Part shown: positions 41,501-50,957 of the stretch, piece after piece
How positions within the stretch are numbered: the first letter of the stretch is position 1
How the letters are laid out: each line of letters begins with the position of its first letter
NCBI GenBank assembly: GCA_963663405.2
Contig: CAXXSM010000105.1
Span: 1 to 64,000 of the forward strand
Length of the DNA: 64,000 bases
Direction of reading: 5' to 3'
DNA from: a bacterium
GTDB taxonomy: Bacteria; Hinthialibacterota; Hinthialibacteria; Hinthialibacterales; Hinthialibacteraceae
Position numbers and translations under genes: made by a program
The notes under the pieces: model-generated
Databases searched by the model: none
The model's input: only the letters and a program-made list of their open reading frames with translations
What the model was told of the DNA's origin: nothing

Positions 41501-41784
41501 CTCAGTCACCTTTAAAATATCCAATTCTCCCCCTCATCACATAATCCAAACAATCAGGATTCTTTAACAAACTAGAAATATAACAATAAAGCAATCCTCT
41601 GGCTATGGGATTCAACGCTTTGCGTAATAGTCGAACGGTATATTCATTTTCTGCGGCCGAAGGGCCATCTCAGCGCCTAAGGCCTTGTCCGGTTTTTCCA
41701 GACTTTGTATAGTGGATTGGTGTATTTTTGTGAATAGAACGTCACTCTCAAACTGATTCTGAGAGTGAATTATCGGGGATCGTT

Positions 41785-42714
41785 ATGAAACGGTTTTGGC
41801 TTGGTCTATTATTGATTGGGATTCTTGTTGTCACATGGGAAGGAGCTTTTGGTGAATTGATCGCCAGGCTTCCCCCAGAAAATGTGTTGTATGAGACAGA
41901 CTCGTTGTATCATCATATCCGTGTGTCTGAAGTCGCCGGGAAACGGTACCTCTCATTCAACCGGGCGAGAGGTCACCAGAGCGCCGTCAATCTCAAGGAT
42001 CCTTATGATCTAGAATTCGCTTATACGCAGGCGAGTTTCACCGCGCTTGGATTTTTGGAAAAAGGACCAGAGAAGGTTCTATACTTGGGATTGGGGGGAG
42101 GCTCGATGCCGAGGGTGTTAGCCAAACACCTTCCGGAGGCGAAAATCGATATCGCCGAGATCGATCCGGAAGTCGTGATGGCGGCCAAGAAATATTTCCT
42201 CTTTAAAGTCACACCGAATATGCGCGTTTTTGAGCAGGATGGTCGGCAGTATCTGCGGCGCTCCCAGGAACAATACGATTTGATTTTTCTCGACGCGTAT
42301 AACGATCTCGCGATCCCTTTCCATCTCACAACGAAGGAATTCTTTGAACTAGTCAAACAGCGGTTGAAACCGGGAGGTATCGTGGCGGCGAATGTTTGGG
42401 GGCCTCCGGTTGATGAGTTTTATTTATCCGAGTTGAAGACGTATCAAGCGGTTTTTACTCATGTGTACCGGATTGATTCCATCACGACGAACAACTACAT
42501 TTTCGCCGCGGATATGAACGAGCGGGTGATGACCGCCGAAGAACTGCTCCGCCGGGCGCAAGCGCTGCAAGATCATTTTTCATTTTCGTTCTCTCTGCCG
42601 AAATACGCGCGGACATTTGAAGATTTGACAAAGGAAGAAGTCACCGCGGATGTTTTGTCCGACGATTTCGCTCCAGTGGAGGTTCTTCGCTCCAGAAAGG
42701 CTTCCTCGAATTGA
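41785..42714 (+). CDS. Spermidine-synthase-like SAM-dependent transferase domain
   Basis: LGLGGG, EIDPEV, DGRQYL, YDLIFLDAY and HLTTKEFF motifs; hydrophobic N-terminus. Confidence 0.85.
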   Translation: MKRFWLGLLLIGILVVTWEGAFGELIARLPPENVLYETDSLYHHIRVSEVAGKRYLSFNRARGHQSAVNLKDPYDLEFAYTQASFTALGFLEKGPEKVLYLGLGGGSMPRVLAKHLPEAKIDIAEIDPEVVMAAKKYFLFKVTPNMRVFEQDGRQYLRRSQEQYDLIFLDAYNDLAIPFHLTTKEFFELVKQRLKPGGIVAANVWGPPVDEFYLSELKTYQAVFTHVYRIDSITTNNYIFAADMNERVMTAEELLRRAQALQDHFSFSFSLPKYARTFEDLTKEEVTADVLSDDFAPVEVLRSRKASSN

Positions 42715-43316
42715 TCCCTTGCATAGTCTTTCTAACCGGCGCGATTGTGATGTCATTTGAAATTTTGGGTAGCCGGATTCTCGCGCCTGATTTCGGGAAC
42801 GCGATTTTTGTCTGGGGCAGTTTGATCAGTGTCTTTCTGGGGGGATTGACCGTTGGGTACTGGGGAGGGGGGAAACTGGCTGATACAATCGGCGATCTCA
42901 GGGGATTCGCGGGGCTACTGGCCGTTCCTGGATTGATTCTACTCTGTCTGCCATTTTATTGCGGCGCCGTCAATCTATGGATATTCGAACGTGAATTTGG
43001 CGTTCGTATGGAACCCCTTTTAGCCTCCTTGATTCTCTTTTTCCCACCGACGATTTTTATGGGCGCGGTCAGTCCCTACGCGGTGAAACTGCAGGTTAAG
43101 AATTTGAAATGGCTGGGATCCGGTGTCGGTAATTTATACGCGCTATCCACACTGGGCAGTATTCTGGGGACATTGTTAACATCGTTTTATTTGATTACGT
43201 GGATTGGGGTGCGGCAGATCATCCTGGCGCAGGGGGTGTTGCTTTTAGTGATGGCGGCCGCTGTGTGGATCGTATATTATCGAGCGAGGGGAGAGACAAT
43301 AGAGGAACCGAATTGA
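42711..43316 (+). CDS. Membrane domain of the fused MFS/spermidine synthase family
   Basis: EILGSRILAP.FG..WGSLI and GNLYALSTLGSILGT motifs. Confidence 0.85.
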   Translation: MIPCIVFLTGAIVMSFEILGSRILAPDFGNAIFVWGSLISVFLGGLTVGYWGGGKLADTIGDLRGFAGLLAVPGLILLCLPFYCGAVNLWIFEREFGVRMEPLLASLILFFPPTIFMGAVSPYAVKLQVKNLKWLGSGVGNLYALSTLGSILGTLLTSFYLITWIGVRQIILAQGVLLLVMAAAVWIVYYRARGETIEEPN

Positions 43317-43346
43317 TGGAGAGTCTTTTCAGCCGATCGAACTGTT

Positions 43347-43754
43347 TTATTTCACTCCTTTGCTAATTAAATGCGCCGCCAGTCCCCGATCTAATTTTAG
43401 TATATGATCGATCAACCAATCTTTAAGGAAATGAGTTATTTTGGGAGATAAATGTAAATCTTCCTGTTCCAACCGTTCTTTAAATTCTATCGCTTTTTCT
43501 TTAAAAAAAATATGTTCGTTTTTATGCTTCATTGAATCCGGATAATTATATTGATCCATATATTCCTCTTCCGTGTTGAAGTGATGAATCGAGTAGTCAA
43601 TCATGTCATTTACTATATCTGGCATGATCTCCAGAGTTTTTCTCTCCACCATCGCCCTATAAATACGATCGATCATCATAAGTATCTTCTTATGCTGAGA
43701 ATCAATACTCTCGATCTTCACATTATACTCATCTTTCCAATCGAAAAAGCCCAT
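43347..43754 (-). CDS. Bacteriohemerythrin
   Basis: IDSQHKK, HFNTEE, HKNEH and WLIDHILKLD motifs. Confidence 0.92.
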   Translation of the reverse strand: MGFFDWKDEYNVKIESIDSQHKKILMMIDRIYRAMVERKTLEIMPDIVNDMIDYSIHHFNTEEEYMDQYNYPDSMKHKNEHIFFKEKAIEFKERLEQEDLHLSPKITHFLKDWLIDHILKLDRGLAAHLISKGVK

Positions 43755-43898
43755 AATCCAATCCTTCCTTAAGGATAAAAGTCCACAACGCCCTCCTTCC
43801 AAGTTTATTCATTTGAGTTTTTGAATTTATCTGTTTTGATGGCGAACCAGTAAATCCGGATAACTCTTCAAATATGTGGATAGGACACGTTATAATAA

Positions 43899-44306
43899 TT
43901 ATTTCTGTCCTTTCTGAATTAGGAAAAAGGCCAATTTCCGATCTGTATTCAGTATATGGTTAATCAACCAATCCTTCAAAAAATTCATGATTTCAGGGGT
44001 TAGAAACATATTTCTATGTTCCAGCTGTTCTTTGAATTCGTATGCTTTTTTCTTAAAAAATATATGCTCATTCATATGTTTCTTGATTTCAGAATACTCG
44101 TATTGATCCATTAATTGCTCTTCGGTCTCGAAATGATAGACCGAATAATCTACCATGTCGTTCACAATTCCCGTCAGTTTTTGATGAGTCTGTTTCCCCA
44201 TCATGGCCACGTACAGACTTTCTATCATCAAAACCAGTTTCTTGTGCTGGGAGTCAATACTCTCAATATTCACGCAATACTCATCTTTCCATTCGAAAAA
44301 ATTCAT
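43899..44306 (-). CDS. Bacteriohemerythrin (tandem paralog)
   Basis: IDSQHKK, HFETEE, HMNEH and WLINHILNTD motifs. Confidence 0.92.
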   Translation of the reverse strand: MNFFEWKDEYCVNIESIDSQHKKLVLMIESLYVAMMGKQTHQKLTGIVNDMVDYSVYHFETEEQLMDQYEYSEIKKHMNEHIFFKKKAYEFKEQLEHRNMFLTPEIMNFLKDWLINHILNTDRKLAFFLIQKGQK

Positions 44307-44399
44307 ATCTATGAACCATCCATGAAATTGAATATACTTAAAACATTTAATAGACGTTCATCTTATCGATTTCTATATTGCTAGTCAAATCTTTATATC

Positions 44400-44546
44400 A
44401 TGAGTTGCGGGAGCGAATACAAACGAGAAAGCCTTAGGAACTCATTTTCATTTAAACCATCATGATTGAGATCACAACTGCAAATGAAAATGAGTTGCGG
44501 GAGCGAATTCGAACGAGAAAGCCTTGGGAACTCATTTTCATTTAAA
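44400..44546 (+). repeat. Dispersed repeat, 1.6 tandem copies (period 90 bp)
   Basis: 44400-44456 is nearly identical to 44490-44546; full unit from about 44453 with stem atgaaaatgagtt/aactcattttcat. Confidence 0.9.
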
Positions 44547-44548
44547 TG

Positions 44549-44576
44549 TTGACAGAACTCACCTGGGTTGGATAAT
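44549..44576 (+). promoter_or_regulatory. Putative sigma70 promoter
   Basis: TTGACA-16 nt-GATAAT directly after the repeat and before the transporter. Confidence 0.45.
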
Positions 44577-44630
44577 CAATAAGAAAGGTTAACGGTATCG
44601 ATTGGCTGCCAAGGCAAGCCGGGAACGGTA

Positions 44631-46247
44631 ATGAACGAATTTATGGATTCCATTGCAACAGCGCTCAATTCAAATTCAGTAATTTCTCTTTTCCTCGTGA
44701 TTGGATTGGGATTGGCGTTGGGAAACGTAAAACTGGCGGGATTCTCTTTAGGATCGAGCGCGGTGATGTTCGTTGCGCTCGCTTTTGGACAATTGGGGCT
44801 TACGATCCCGCCGGCGATTAAAAATTTAGGGGTCATTTTATTTGTTTACGCCGTCGGCCTGCAAGTCGGTCCCCGGTTTTTTCATACGATCCGGCGGAAC
44901 GGAATCACGTATCTTTGTATCGCGCTGCTTTCCTTGCTGAGTGGTATGGCGAGTATTGTCATCATCGGCAAGGCGATTGGCATCCCGGCCGACTTAGGCA
45001 TCGGCGCTTTCGCAGGCGCGCTCACATCCACACCCGGGTTGGCCGCCGCGTTGGACGTTTTGGATGAAAACACATCGGTATCCGTCGGATTCGGGATCGC
45101 GTATCTCTTTGGTGTGATCGGTGTTGTGTTGTTTGTACAAACCATCGCCAACAAGCAATGTACTAAAGATGAAGTGGAAGCCGAACGGAACGCGCCGGTG
45201 GAGGCCAGTTCAAATCTAAAACTCAAAGCCTTTATCGTTACGAATCCGAATTGTACGGGCAAACCACTCATAGAAATCGATCTCCACAGCATGACACGCG
45301 CCAATATCACCCGGATCGTCCGGAACAGCCAGGAATTTATGGCGTATGATACCACAGCGTTCCAGCTCAATGACATCGTTCACGCCGTCGGAACCGAACG
45401 GGAATTGAGAAAACTCGAACACATCATAGGCAAGGAAACTACTCCAATTGAACTGGATAAAAACAAAGAAATCGCTGTGCGTGATGTATTCGTCTCTTCC
45501 CCCCGCATCACCGGCAAGCGATTGAAAGATTTAGAAGTGCTGGAATTATTCGGGGTTCGGTTGACCCGGTTACGAAGAGATGAGATTGATATCGTTCCTA
45601 CGGGCGATACAACAATGGAAATCGGTGATTTGATCCGCGTCGCAGGAACGACGGACGATTGCGAACGCTTCGTTCAGATCGCCGGTCAACAGGAGCGACG
45701 CATTCATGAAACCAACCTGCTGGCCATGTGCGCCGGGATCACACTAGGGGGATATGTGGGCGCGTACACTTTCAACCTGCCCGGCGGGATGACATTCAAT
45801 CTAGGTTTGGCGGGAGGGCCGATGCTCGTGGCGATTCTGATCAGTCACGCGGGCCGTATTGGACCCATCAGCACGCGGGTTCCCTACGCCGCCAAGTATC
45901 TCTGCCGGGAGATCGGCTTGGTTTTCTTTTTGGCCGCCGCCGGCGCCGAGGCGGGGGATTCGTTTGTAGAAATGTTTCAGAGTTATGGCGTTCAGATATT
46001 TCTTCTCGGCGCCGCCGCGACGACGGTTTCCATGTTCTCCGCGTACTTGCTGGGGCGGTATCTCTTCCGATTGAGCCGGTTGGCGTCGCTGGGCGTCGTC
46101 TGCGGCTCCATGACCAGCACGCCGGCCCTGGGCATCGCCGCCAGCAGCGTCGATTCAGACACCCCAGCGATCGCATACGCTTCCACCTACCCACTCGCCC
46201 TCGTTCTTGTGACGCTCATTTCACAAATCCTCGCTTCAGTGCTTTAA
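44631..46247 (+). CDS. AspT/YidE/YbjL family antiporter with TrkA-C domains
   Basis: LFVYAVGLQVGPRFF, GALTSTPGLAAA and GSMTSTPAL motifs. Confidence 0.9.
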   Translation: MNEFMDSIATALNSNSVISLFLVIGLGLALGNVKLAGFSLGSSAVMFVALAFGQLGLTIPPAIKNLGVILFVYAVGLQVGPRFFHTIRRNGITYLCIALLSLLSGMASIVIIGKAIGIPADLGIGAFAGALTSTPGLAAALDVLDENTSVSVGFGIAYLFGVIGVVLFVQTIANKQCTKDEVEAERNAPVEASSNLKLKAFIVTNPNCTGKPLIEIDLHSMTRANITRIVRNSQEFMAYDTTAFQLNDIVHAVGTERELRKLEHIIGKETTPIELDKNKEIAVRDVFVSSPRITGKRLKDLEVLELFGVRLTRLRRDEIDIVPTGDTTMEIGDLIRVAGTTDDCERFVQIAGQQERRIHETNLLAMCAGITLGGYVGAYTFNLPGGMTFNLGLAGGPMLVAILISHAGRIGPISTRVPYAAKYLCREIGLVFFLAAAGAEAGDSFVEMFQSYGVQIFLLGAAATTVSMFSAYLLGRYLFRLSRLASLGVVCGSMTSTPALGIAASSVDSDTPAIAYASTYPLALVLVTLISQILASVL

Positions 46248-46321
46248 CCGGCATGGTTTCCGCTCCAATCGATGATCGGCTATACTCTGTGCGTTCAACT
46301 TTTTTCAACCGGGAGAAGAGT

Positions 46322-47401
46322 ATGCGGAATTGGATGCGCAATATTTTATTTCTATGCGCCGCGCTATGTATATTTTCATGTTCACCCGCGGAGGAGCCGG
46401 ATTCGGCTGGGAATTCATCCGGCGATCCTTTTCGTGTAATTCTCATTACGGATGTAGGGGGATTGGGCGATAAGGGTTTTAATGATTCCGGTTGGGCGGG
46501 CTGTCAAATCGCAGAAAAGAAATTAACCGAACGGGGCGCGAAAATCGAATGCAAAGTCATCGAATCACGCGAACAAACCGACTACACCGATAACCTGAAT
46601 ATGGCCGCCGAACGGGCGGATGTCATCGTCGCCTTGGGTTTTTTGATCGCGGATTCGGTAGAGCGGGTGGCGAAACATTATCCTGACACTGCTTTTATCT
46701 TTATCGATGGAAAGATCAAAGGGGATAACATCGCCAGTTTTGATTTTAAATCACATGAAGCGGCGTTCCTTGCAGGTATCCTTGCGGGGTATGTGACGGA
46801 GACGGGAACGGTTGGCGTTATGCCGGGGATGGATATCCCCCCGGTGGAAGCGTTCGCGAGCGGCTATCAAGCGGGTGTTCTAACCTATAACAAACTTGCG
46901 GGAAAAGAAGTCAAGGTTCGGTCCTCCACCATCGGCAGTTTCAATGATCCAGTGAAAGCCAAATCCATCGCCCAAGCGTTGATTGACAATGGCGCGGACA
47001 TTCTCTTTCAACTGGCGGGGAATAGCGGGCTTGGGGTAATTGAAGCGGTTCGGGACGCGCCGGGCCGGTGTTTCGCCATCGGCGTGGACATCGACCAAGA
47101 CGATCTCGCCCCCGGCAAGATTCTGACCAGTGTATTAAAACGCATGGACAAAGTTGTGTCGGATCAGATCCTCGCCGCGTATAATAATCAATTCAAAGGG
47201 GGGATCTTTGAAGCTGGTTTGAAGGATGATTACACTGGTTTGACAGAAATGGTTCACACCCGCCATCTCGTCCCTCCCGAAGCGTTCGAAACAATCGGCC
47301 AAGCCCGTGAAGCGATTATTTCGGGAAAACTGATTATCCCGAAAACCTACGAAGCGCTGCGAGCATTCGAAGCGCCGCTGGATCCATTCAAGACTCCATG
47401 A
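46322..47401 (+). CDS. BMP family ABC substrate-binding lipoprotein (nucleoside)
   Basis: Lipobox IFSC; GGLGDKGFND, AGNSGLGVIEA and IGVDIDQ motifs. Confidence 0.9.
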   Translation: MRNWMRNILFLCAALCIFSCSPAEEPDSAGNSSGDPFRVILITDVGGLGDKGFNDSGWAGCQIAEKKLTERGAKIECKVIESREQTDYTDNLNMAAERADVIVALGFLIADSVERVAKHYPDTAFIFIDGKIKGDNIASFDFKSHEAAFLAGILAGYVTETGTVGVMPGMDIPPVEAFASGYQAGVLTYNKLAGKEVKVRSSTIGSFNDPVKAKSIAQALIDNGADILFQLAGNSGLGVIEAVRDAPGRCFAIGVDIDQDDLAPGKILTSVLKRMDKVVSDQILAAYNNQFKGGIFEAGLKDDYTGLTEMVHTRHLVPPEAFETIGQAREAIISGKLIIPKTYEALRAFEAPLDPFKTP

Positions 47402-48927
47402 ATAAGCCAGAACATGTCTCCGGCTTAAACGCAATTCCCGCCTTATCCGCGCAGGGCGTCACCAAATGGTTTGGGAAAACGCCGGCTAACGAATCTGTCT
47501 CTCTCGATCTCCATTCTGGAAGAATCCATTCTCTGCTGGGCGAGAACGGCGCGGGAAAATCGACGCTGGTTTCGATTCTGTATGGATTGTATGAAGCCGA
47601 TGAAGGCCGCCTGTTTGTGGATGGGCGCCCGATTCAGATCCGCCGTCCGGGTGATGCGCTGCAGCTGGGGATCGGGCTAGCGCCGCAGCATTTCTCTTTG
47701 ATTCCCACTTTGAGCGCGCTCGATAATTTGATTTTGGGGCGGGAAAACAAAAATGGATTCTTTCTCGACCGGCGGGGAGCGGAACGGGAAATTACGGCGC
47801 TTCTCGATCGCTATAGATTGGATATCCCCTTGCATGAACGGGTAGGAAACCTGCCGGTTGGAGCGCGGCAGCGTGTGGAGATCGCGAAAATTCTTTACCG
47901 CAAAGCCCGCGTTATGATCTTTGACGAACCGACCGCCGCGCTGGTTACGCATGAGATCGATCGATTTTTAGAAACGCTTGATAATCTCCGCAAGGAAGGC
48001 GTCGCTGTTTTACTAATCACCCACCGTCTGCCGGAAGTGCGTGAGGTGTCGGATGATATCACCGTCCTTCGGAAAGGGCGTGTGGTTTTACAAGATCGAT
48101 TCAAAAACGTAACTGAAAAACAGATCGCCAAAGCGATCATCGGTGAAGAACTGCAAACGGAAACATACGATCTGCCCCAAACCGGCGCCCCCTTTATTCG
48201 AATTGATTCCCTATCAACCAACGCGGGAAAGACGAAGGTTTCTCTGAACCACATCTCTTTAGATATTCATGAAAAAGAAATCCTAGGCATTGCCGGAGTC
48301 GCTGGAAACGGGCAGGAAGAGTTAATCGGCGCTATTTTCGGCTTGATTCCCGCATCGTCCGGTTCAATACATATGGGAGATAGGGATATTACCTTGCTGC
48401 GTCCGGCGGAGCGGAGAAGAGAAGGTCTCGCTTTAATCCCTCAGGACCGGCGGGAAGAAGGATTGCTCGTTAGTCATTCGGTGATGGAAAATATTATGTT
48501 GAACCGCCATGCGTTTAAAGAGCAAAGGGCTTGGATCAACAAATCCGCGATTCAGACGCAAACAATGGAATGTATCCATCAATATCAGATTGCGGCGTCA
48601 TCACCGGATCAATCCGCCGATCAATTGTCGGGCGGCCATCAACAGCGTGTCGTCATCGCCCGTGAATTGCTGACCCAGCCCCAGTGGACTATCGCGCATA
48701 ATCCAACTCGTGGGCTTGATCTGCGGGCTTCCCGGTTCGTACATGAAAAATTGCTGGACTTATGCGAAGGAGGCGCGCCGGTTTTACTCTTCTCTTCTGA
48801 ACTGAGCGAGTTGTTTGTTTTATGCCATCGGATCGCAGTCATGTACAGAGGAGCGATCACGGCAGTCCGTCCTACAAGGGAATGGACGCCGGAGAGTCTG
48901 GGGAAAGCGATGATGGGATTGGCGTGA
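47398..48927 (+). CDS. Nucleoside/sugar ABC transporter ATP-binding protein (two NBDs)
   Basis: GENGAGKST, DEPTA, GVAGNGQ, LSGGHQQ and PTRGLD motifs. Confidence 0.93.
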   Translation: MNKPEHVSGLNAIPALSAQGVTKWFGKTPANESVSLDLHSGRIHSLLGENGAGKSTLVSILYGLYEADEGRLFVDGRPIQIRRPGDALQLGIGLAPQHFSLIPTLSALDNLILGRENKNGFFLDRRGAEREITALLDRYRLDIPLHERVGNLPVGARQRVEIAKILYRKARVMIFDEPTAALVTHEIDRFLETLDNLRKEGVAVLLITHRLPEVREVSDDITVLRKGRVVLQDRFKNVTEKQIAKAIIGEELQTETYDLPQTGAPFIRIDSLSTNAGKTKVSLNHISLDIHEKEILGIAGVAGNGQEELIGAIFGLIPASSGSIHMGDRDITLLRPAERRREGLALIPQDRREEGLLVSHSVMENIMLNRHAFKEQRAWINKSAIQTQTMECIHQYQIAASSPDQSADQLSGGHQQRVVIARELLTQPQWTIAHNPTRGLDLRASRFVHEKLLDLCEGGAPVLLFSSELSELFVLCHRIAVMYRGAITAVRPTREWTPESLGKAMMGLA

Positions 48928-49943
48928 TGGGAAAACGAATCGCATTCATTCCAATTTCTCTTTTCACCGCCTTCGCTGTAACCGGCATATTCTTGTGGAT
49001 CAATGGTTTTTCTCCCATCGCGTTCATACGAATTCTTTTTACCAGTTCGTGGGGATCGGCGACGGGGATTTTACTCGTATTGACCAAATCGGCTCTTTTG
49101 ATTTTAACCGGACTGGCCGTCGCGATTCCATTTCGCGCCGGTTTGTTTAATATCGGCGGTGAGGGACAGATGATTCTCGGCGCCTTGGCCGCCGCGCTGA
49201 TCGGCGCTCTGCCACTGCAATGTATCGGCGTGTTTCATTTGCTTCTCTGCATCATCGCAGGGATTCTCTGTGGTTCTCTGTGGGGCGCGTTGGCGGGATT
49301 TTTAAAGGTTCAGCGAGGCGTGCATGAAGTGATCGGCACGATCATGCTGAACTTCATCGCCTTTAAAGCAGTCAATGAATTGACATTCGGCGCCTTCAGC
49401 GCGGACGCGGGAAGCGGGCGCACTTCGTTCATTCATGAATCCGCCTACATGCCGGTTCTCATTACTCACGGCGCGGCGGACACATCGATCGGTGTTTTGA
49501 TTTCCTTCATTCTAGCGGTTGGCCTTTCCATTGTATTATACCGGACATGGTTTGGTTTTGAGATCCGCGCGGTGGGAGAGAATCCCACCGCGTCCCGGAA
49601 CGCGGGAATCGCCGTTGGATGGACTCAATTCTGGACGTTAACGCTTGGAGGGGCGTGCGCGGGACTGGCCGGAGCCATCGAAACAACAGGAGTGAATCAT
49701 ACATTTTACGCGCGATTCACGGGTGGCTTGGGATTTGACGGGATCGCGGTGGCGTTTTTAGGCCTGTGCGAACCCTGGGCCACGATCCCGGCCGCGCTAA
49801 CAATCGCGACGCTCCGGGCGTCTGACCGGGCGCTGCAATTAGACCTTGGCGCGCCGAAAGAAATTGTGTTTATGGTGGAAGGTATATTAATCATCTGCAT
49901 CGCGATATTCACCCGGCGGAGGAACGAAAGAAATAGTGAATAA
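48927..49943 (+). CDS. Nucleoside ABC permease
   Basis: GLFNIGGEGQ, EVIGTIMLNF and GFDGIAVA motifs. Confidence 0.9.
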   Translation: MGKRIAFIPISLFTAFAVTGIFLWINGFSPIAFIRILFTSSWGSATGILLVLTKSALLILTGLAVAIPFRAGLFNIGGEGQMILGALAAALIGALPLQCIGVFHLLLCIIAGILCGSLWGALAGFLKVQRGVHEVIGTIMLNFIAFKAVNELTFGAFSADAGSGRTSFIHESAYMPVLITHGAADTSIGVLISFILAVGLSIVLYRTWFGFEIRAVGENPTASRNAGIAVGWTQFWTLTLGGACAGLAGAIETTGVNHTFYARFTGGLGFDGIAVAFLGLCEPWATIPAALTIATLRASDRALQLDLGAPKEIVFMVEGILIICIAIFTRRRNERNSE

Positions 49944-49993
49944 CCTGTTGAACTAACGATGTAAGTTTTATTATGCGGAAGAATTACTGAAAT

Positions 49994-50926
49994 ATGGATC
50001 TCTACACGCTGCTGATTTCAATCTGCCTTCATGAATGCCCGGCGCTGCTGCATGCGGGAGCGTTGAAAGCCGCGCCTCTGCTCTGGGCGTCGCTGGGGGG
50101 CGCTTACAGCGAACGGTCCGGTGTAATAAACATTGGCTTGGAAGGCATGATGCTGATTGGCGCGTTTGCGGCAGTCGCCGGATCGGGCTTGACTGGGAAT
50201 CCTTGGATAGGCTTGTTTGTTGGCGCCGCCGCGGGAGGTTTGTTCGGCTTGATTCACGCTCTAGCGGCGCTGCAGTGGAAAGCGAATCAAATCGTCAGTG
50301 GGATGGGGATCAACATATTTGCCCTTGGTATAACGGGCTTTCTTCTTTACCGGATCTTTGAAGCGAGAGGCAACTCGCCCGAAGTGACGAAAATTCCAGC
50401 GGTTCATGGATGGGAAGACGTCCCGTTTCTGTCCGACTTATTTTTCCCATTTTCTCTATTGCATATTCTTCTTTTGTTCGCATTATGCTTTACGATTTTC
50501 ATTTTTTATCGAACCGCGTTCGGGCTGCGGCTGCGGGCCTGCGGGGAAGATCCAGAAGTGGTCAAAGCCGCCGGCGTCAATGTATCGTTTTACCGCTATG
50601 CGGCGGTGGTGATAAGCGGTATTCTGGCTGGGATCGGCGGCGCGCAGCTATCGTTAAGCGATGTTAGTCAGTTTAGTGTTGGAATGACGAACGGGCGCGG
50701 CTTTGTGGCGCTGGCGGCGTTGATCTGCGGCGGATGGCGTCCCGGACGCGCGGCGTGGGTTTGTCTTTTTCTAGGAACGGCGGAAGCTCTTGGCGAACGG
50801 CTTACGGCGGTCTTCCCTCTCATTCCTTCAAGAGCCTGCCAAGTCCTTCCTTTTGTCTTCGCGCTGCTTGTTCTCGCCTACAAACGGGAATTGGCCCAAC
50901 AACCGCGGGCGTTGGGGAAATTATAG
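49994..50926 (+). CDS. Nucleoside ABC permease
   Basis: SERSGVINIGLEGMML, GLRLRACGE and GRGFVALAA motifs. Confidence 0.9.
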   Translation: MDLYTLLISICLHECPALLHAGALKAAPLLWASLGGAYSERSGVINIGLEGMMLIGAFAAVAGSGLTGNPWIGLFVGAAAGGLFGLIHALAALQWKANQIVSGMGINIFALGITGFLLYRIFEARGNSPEVTKIPAVHGWEDVPFLSDLFFPFSLLHILLLFALCFTIFIFYRTAFGLRLRACGEDPEVVKAAGVNVSFYRYAAVVISGILAGIGGAQLSLSDVSQFSVGMTNGRGFVALAALICGGWRPGRAAWVCLFLGTAEALGERLTAVFPLIPSRACQVLPFVFALLVLAYKRELAQQPRALGKL

Positions 50927-50957
50927 TTAATTGGAATATTTATAAGCGATAATTGTA

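Noticed and set aside
44400-44546. Possible CRISPR array
   Set aside because: Only 1.6 units of 90 bp, no unique spacers and no cas genes; it belongs to the dispersed repeat family.
45728-46321. N-terminal extension of the 557-aa ORF
   Set aside because: It is an off-frame overlap with the antiporter; the real lipoprotein starts near 46322.
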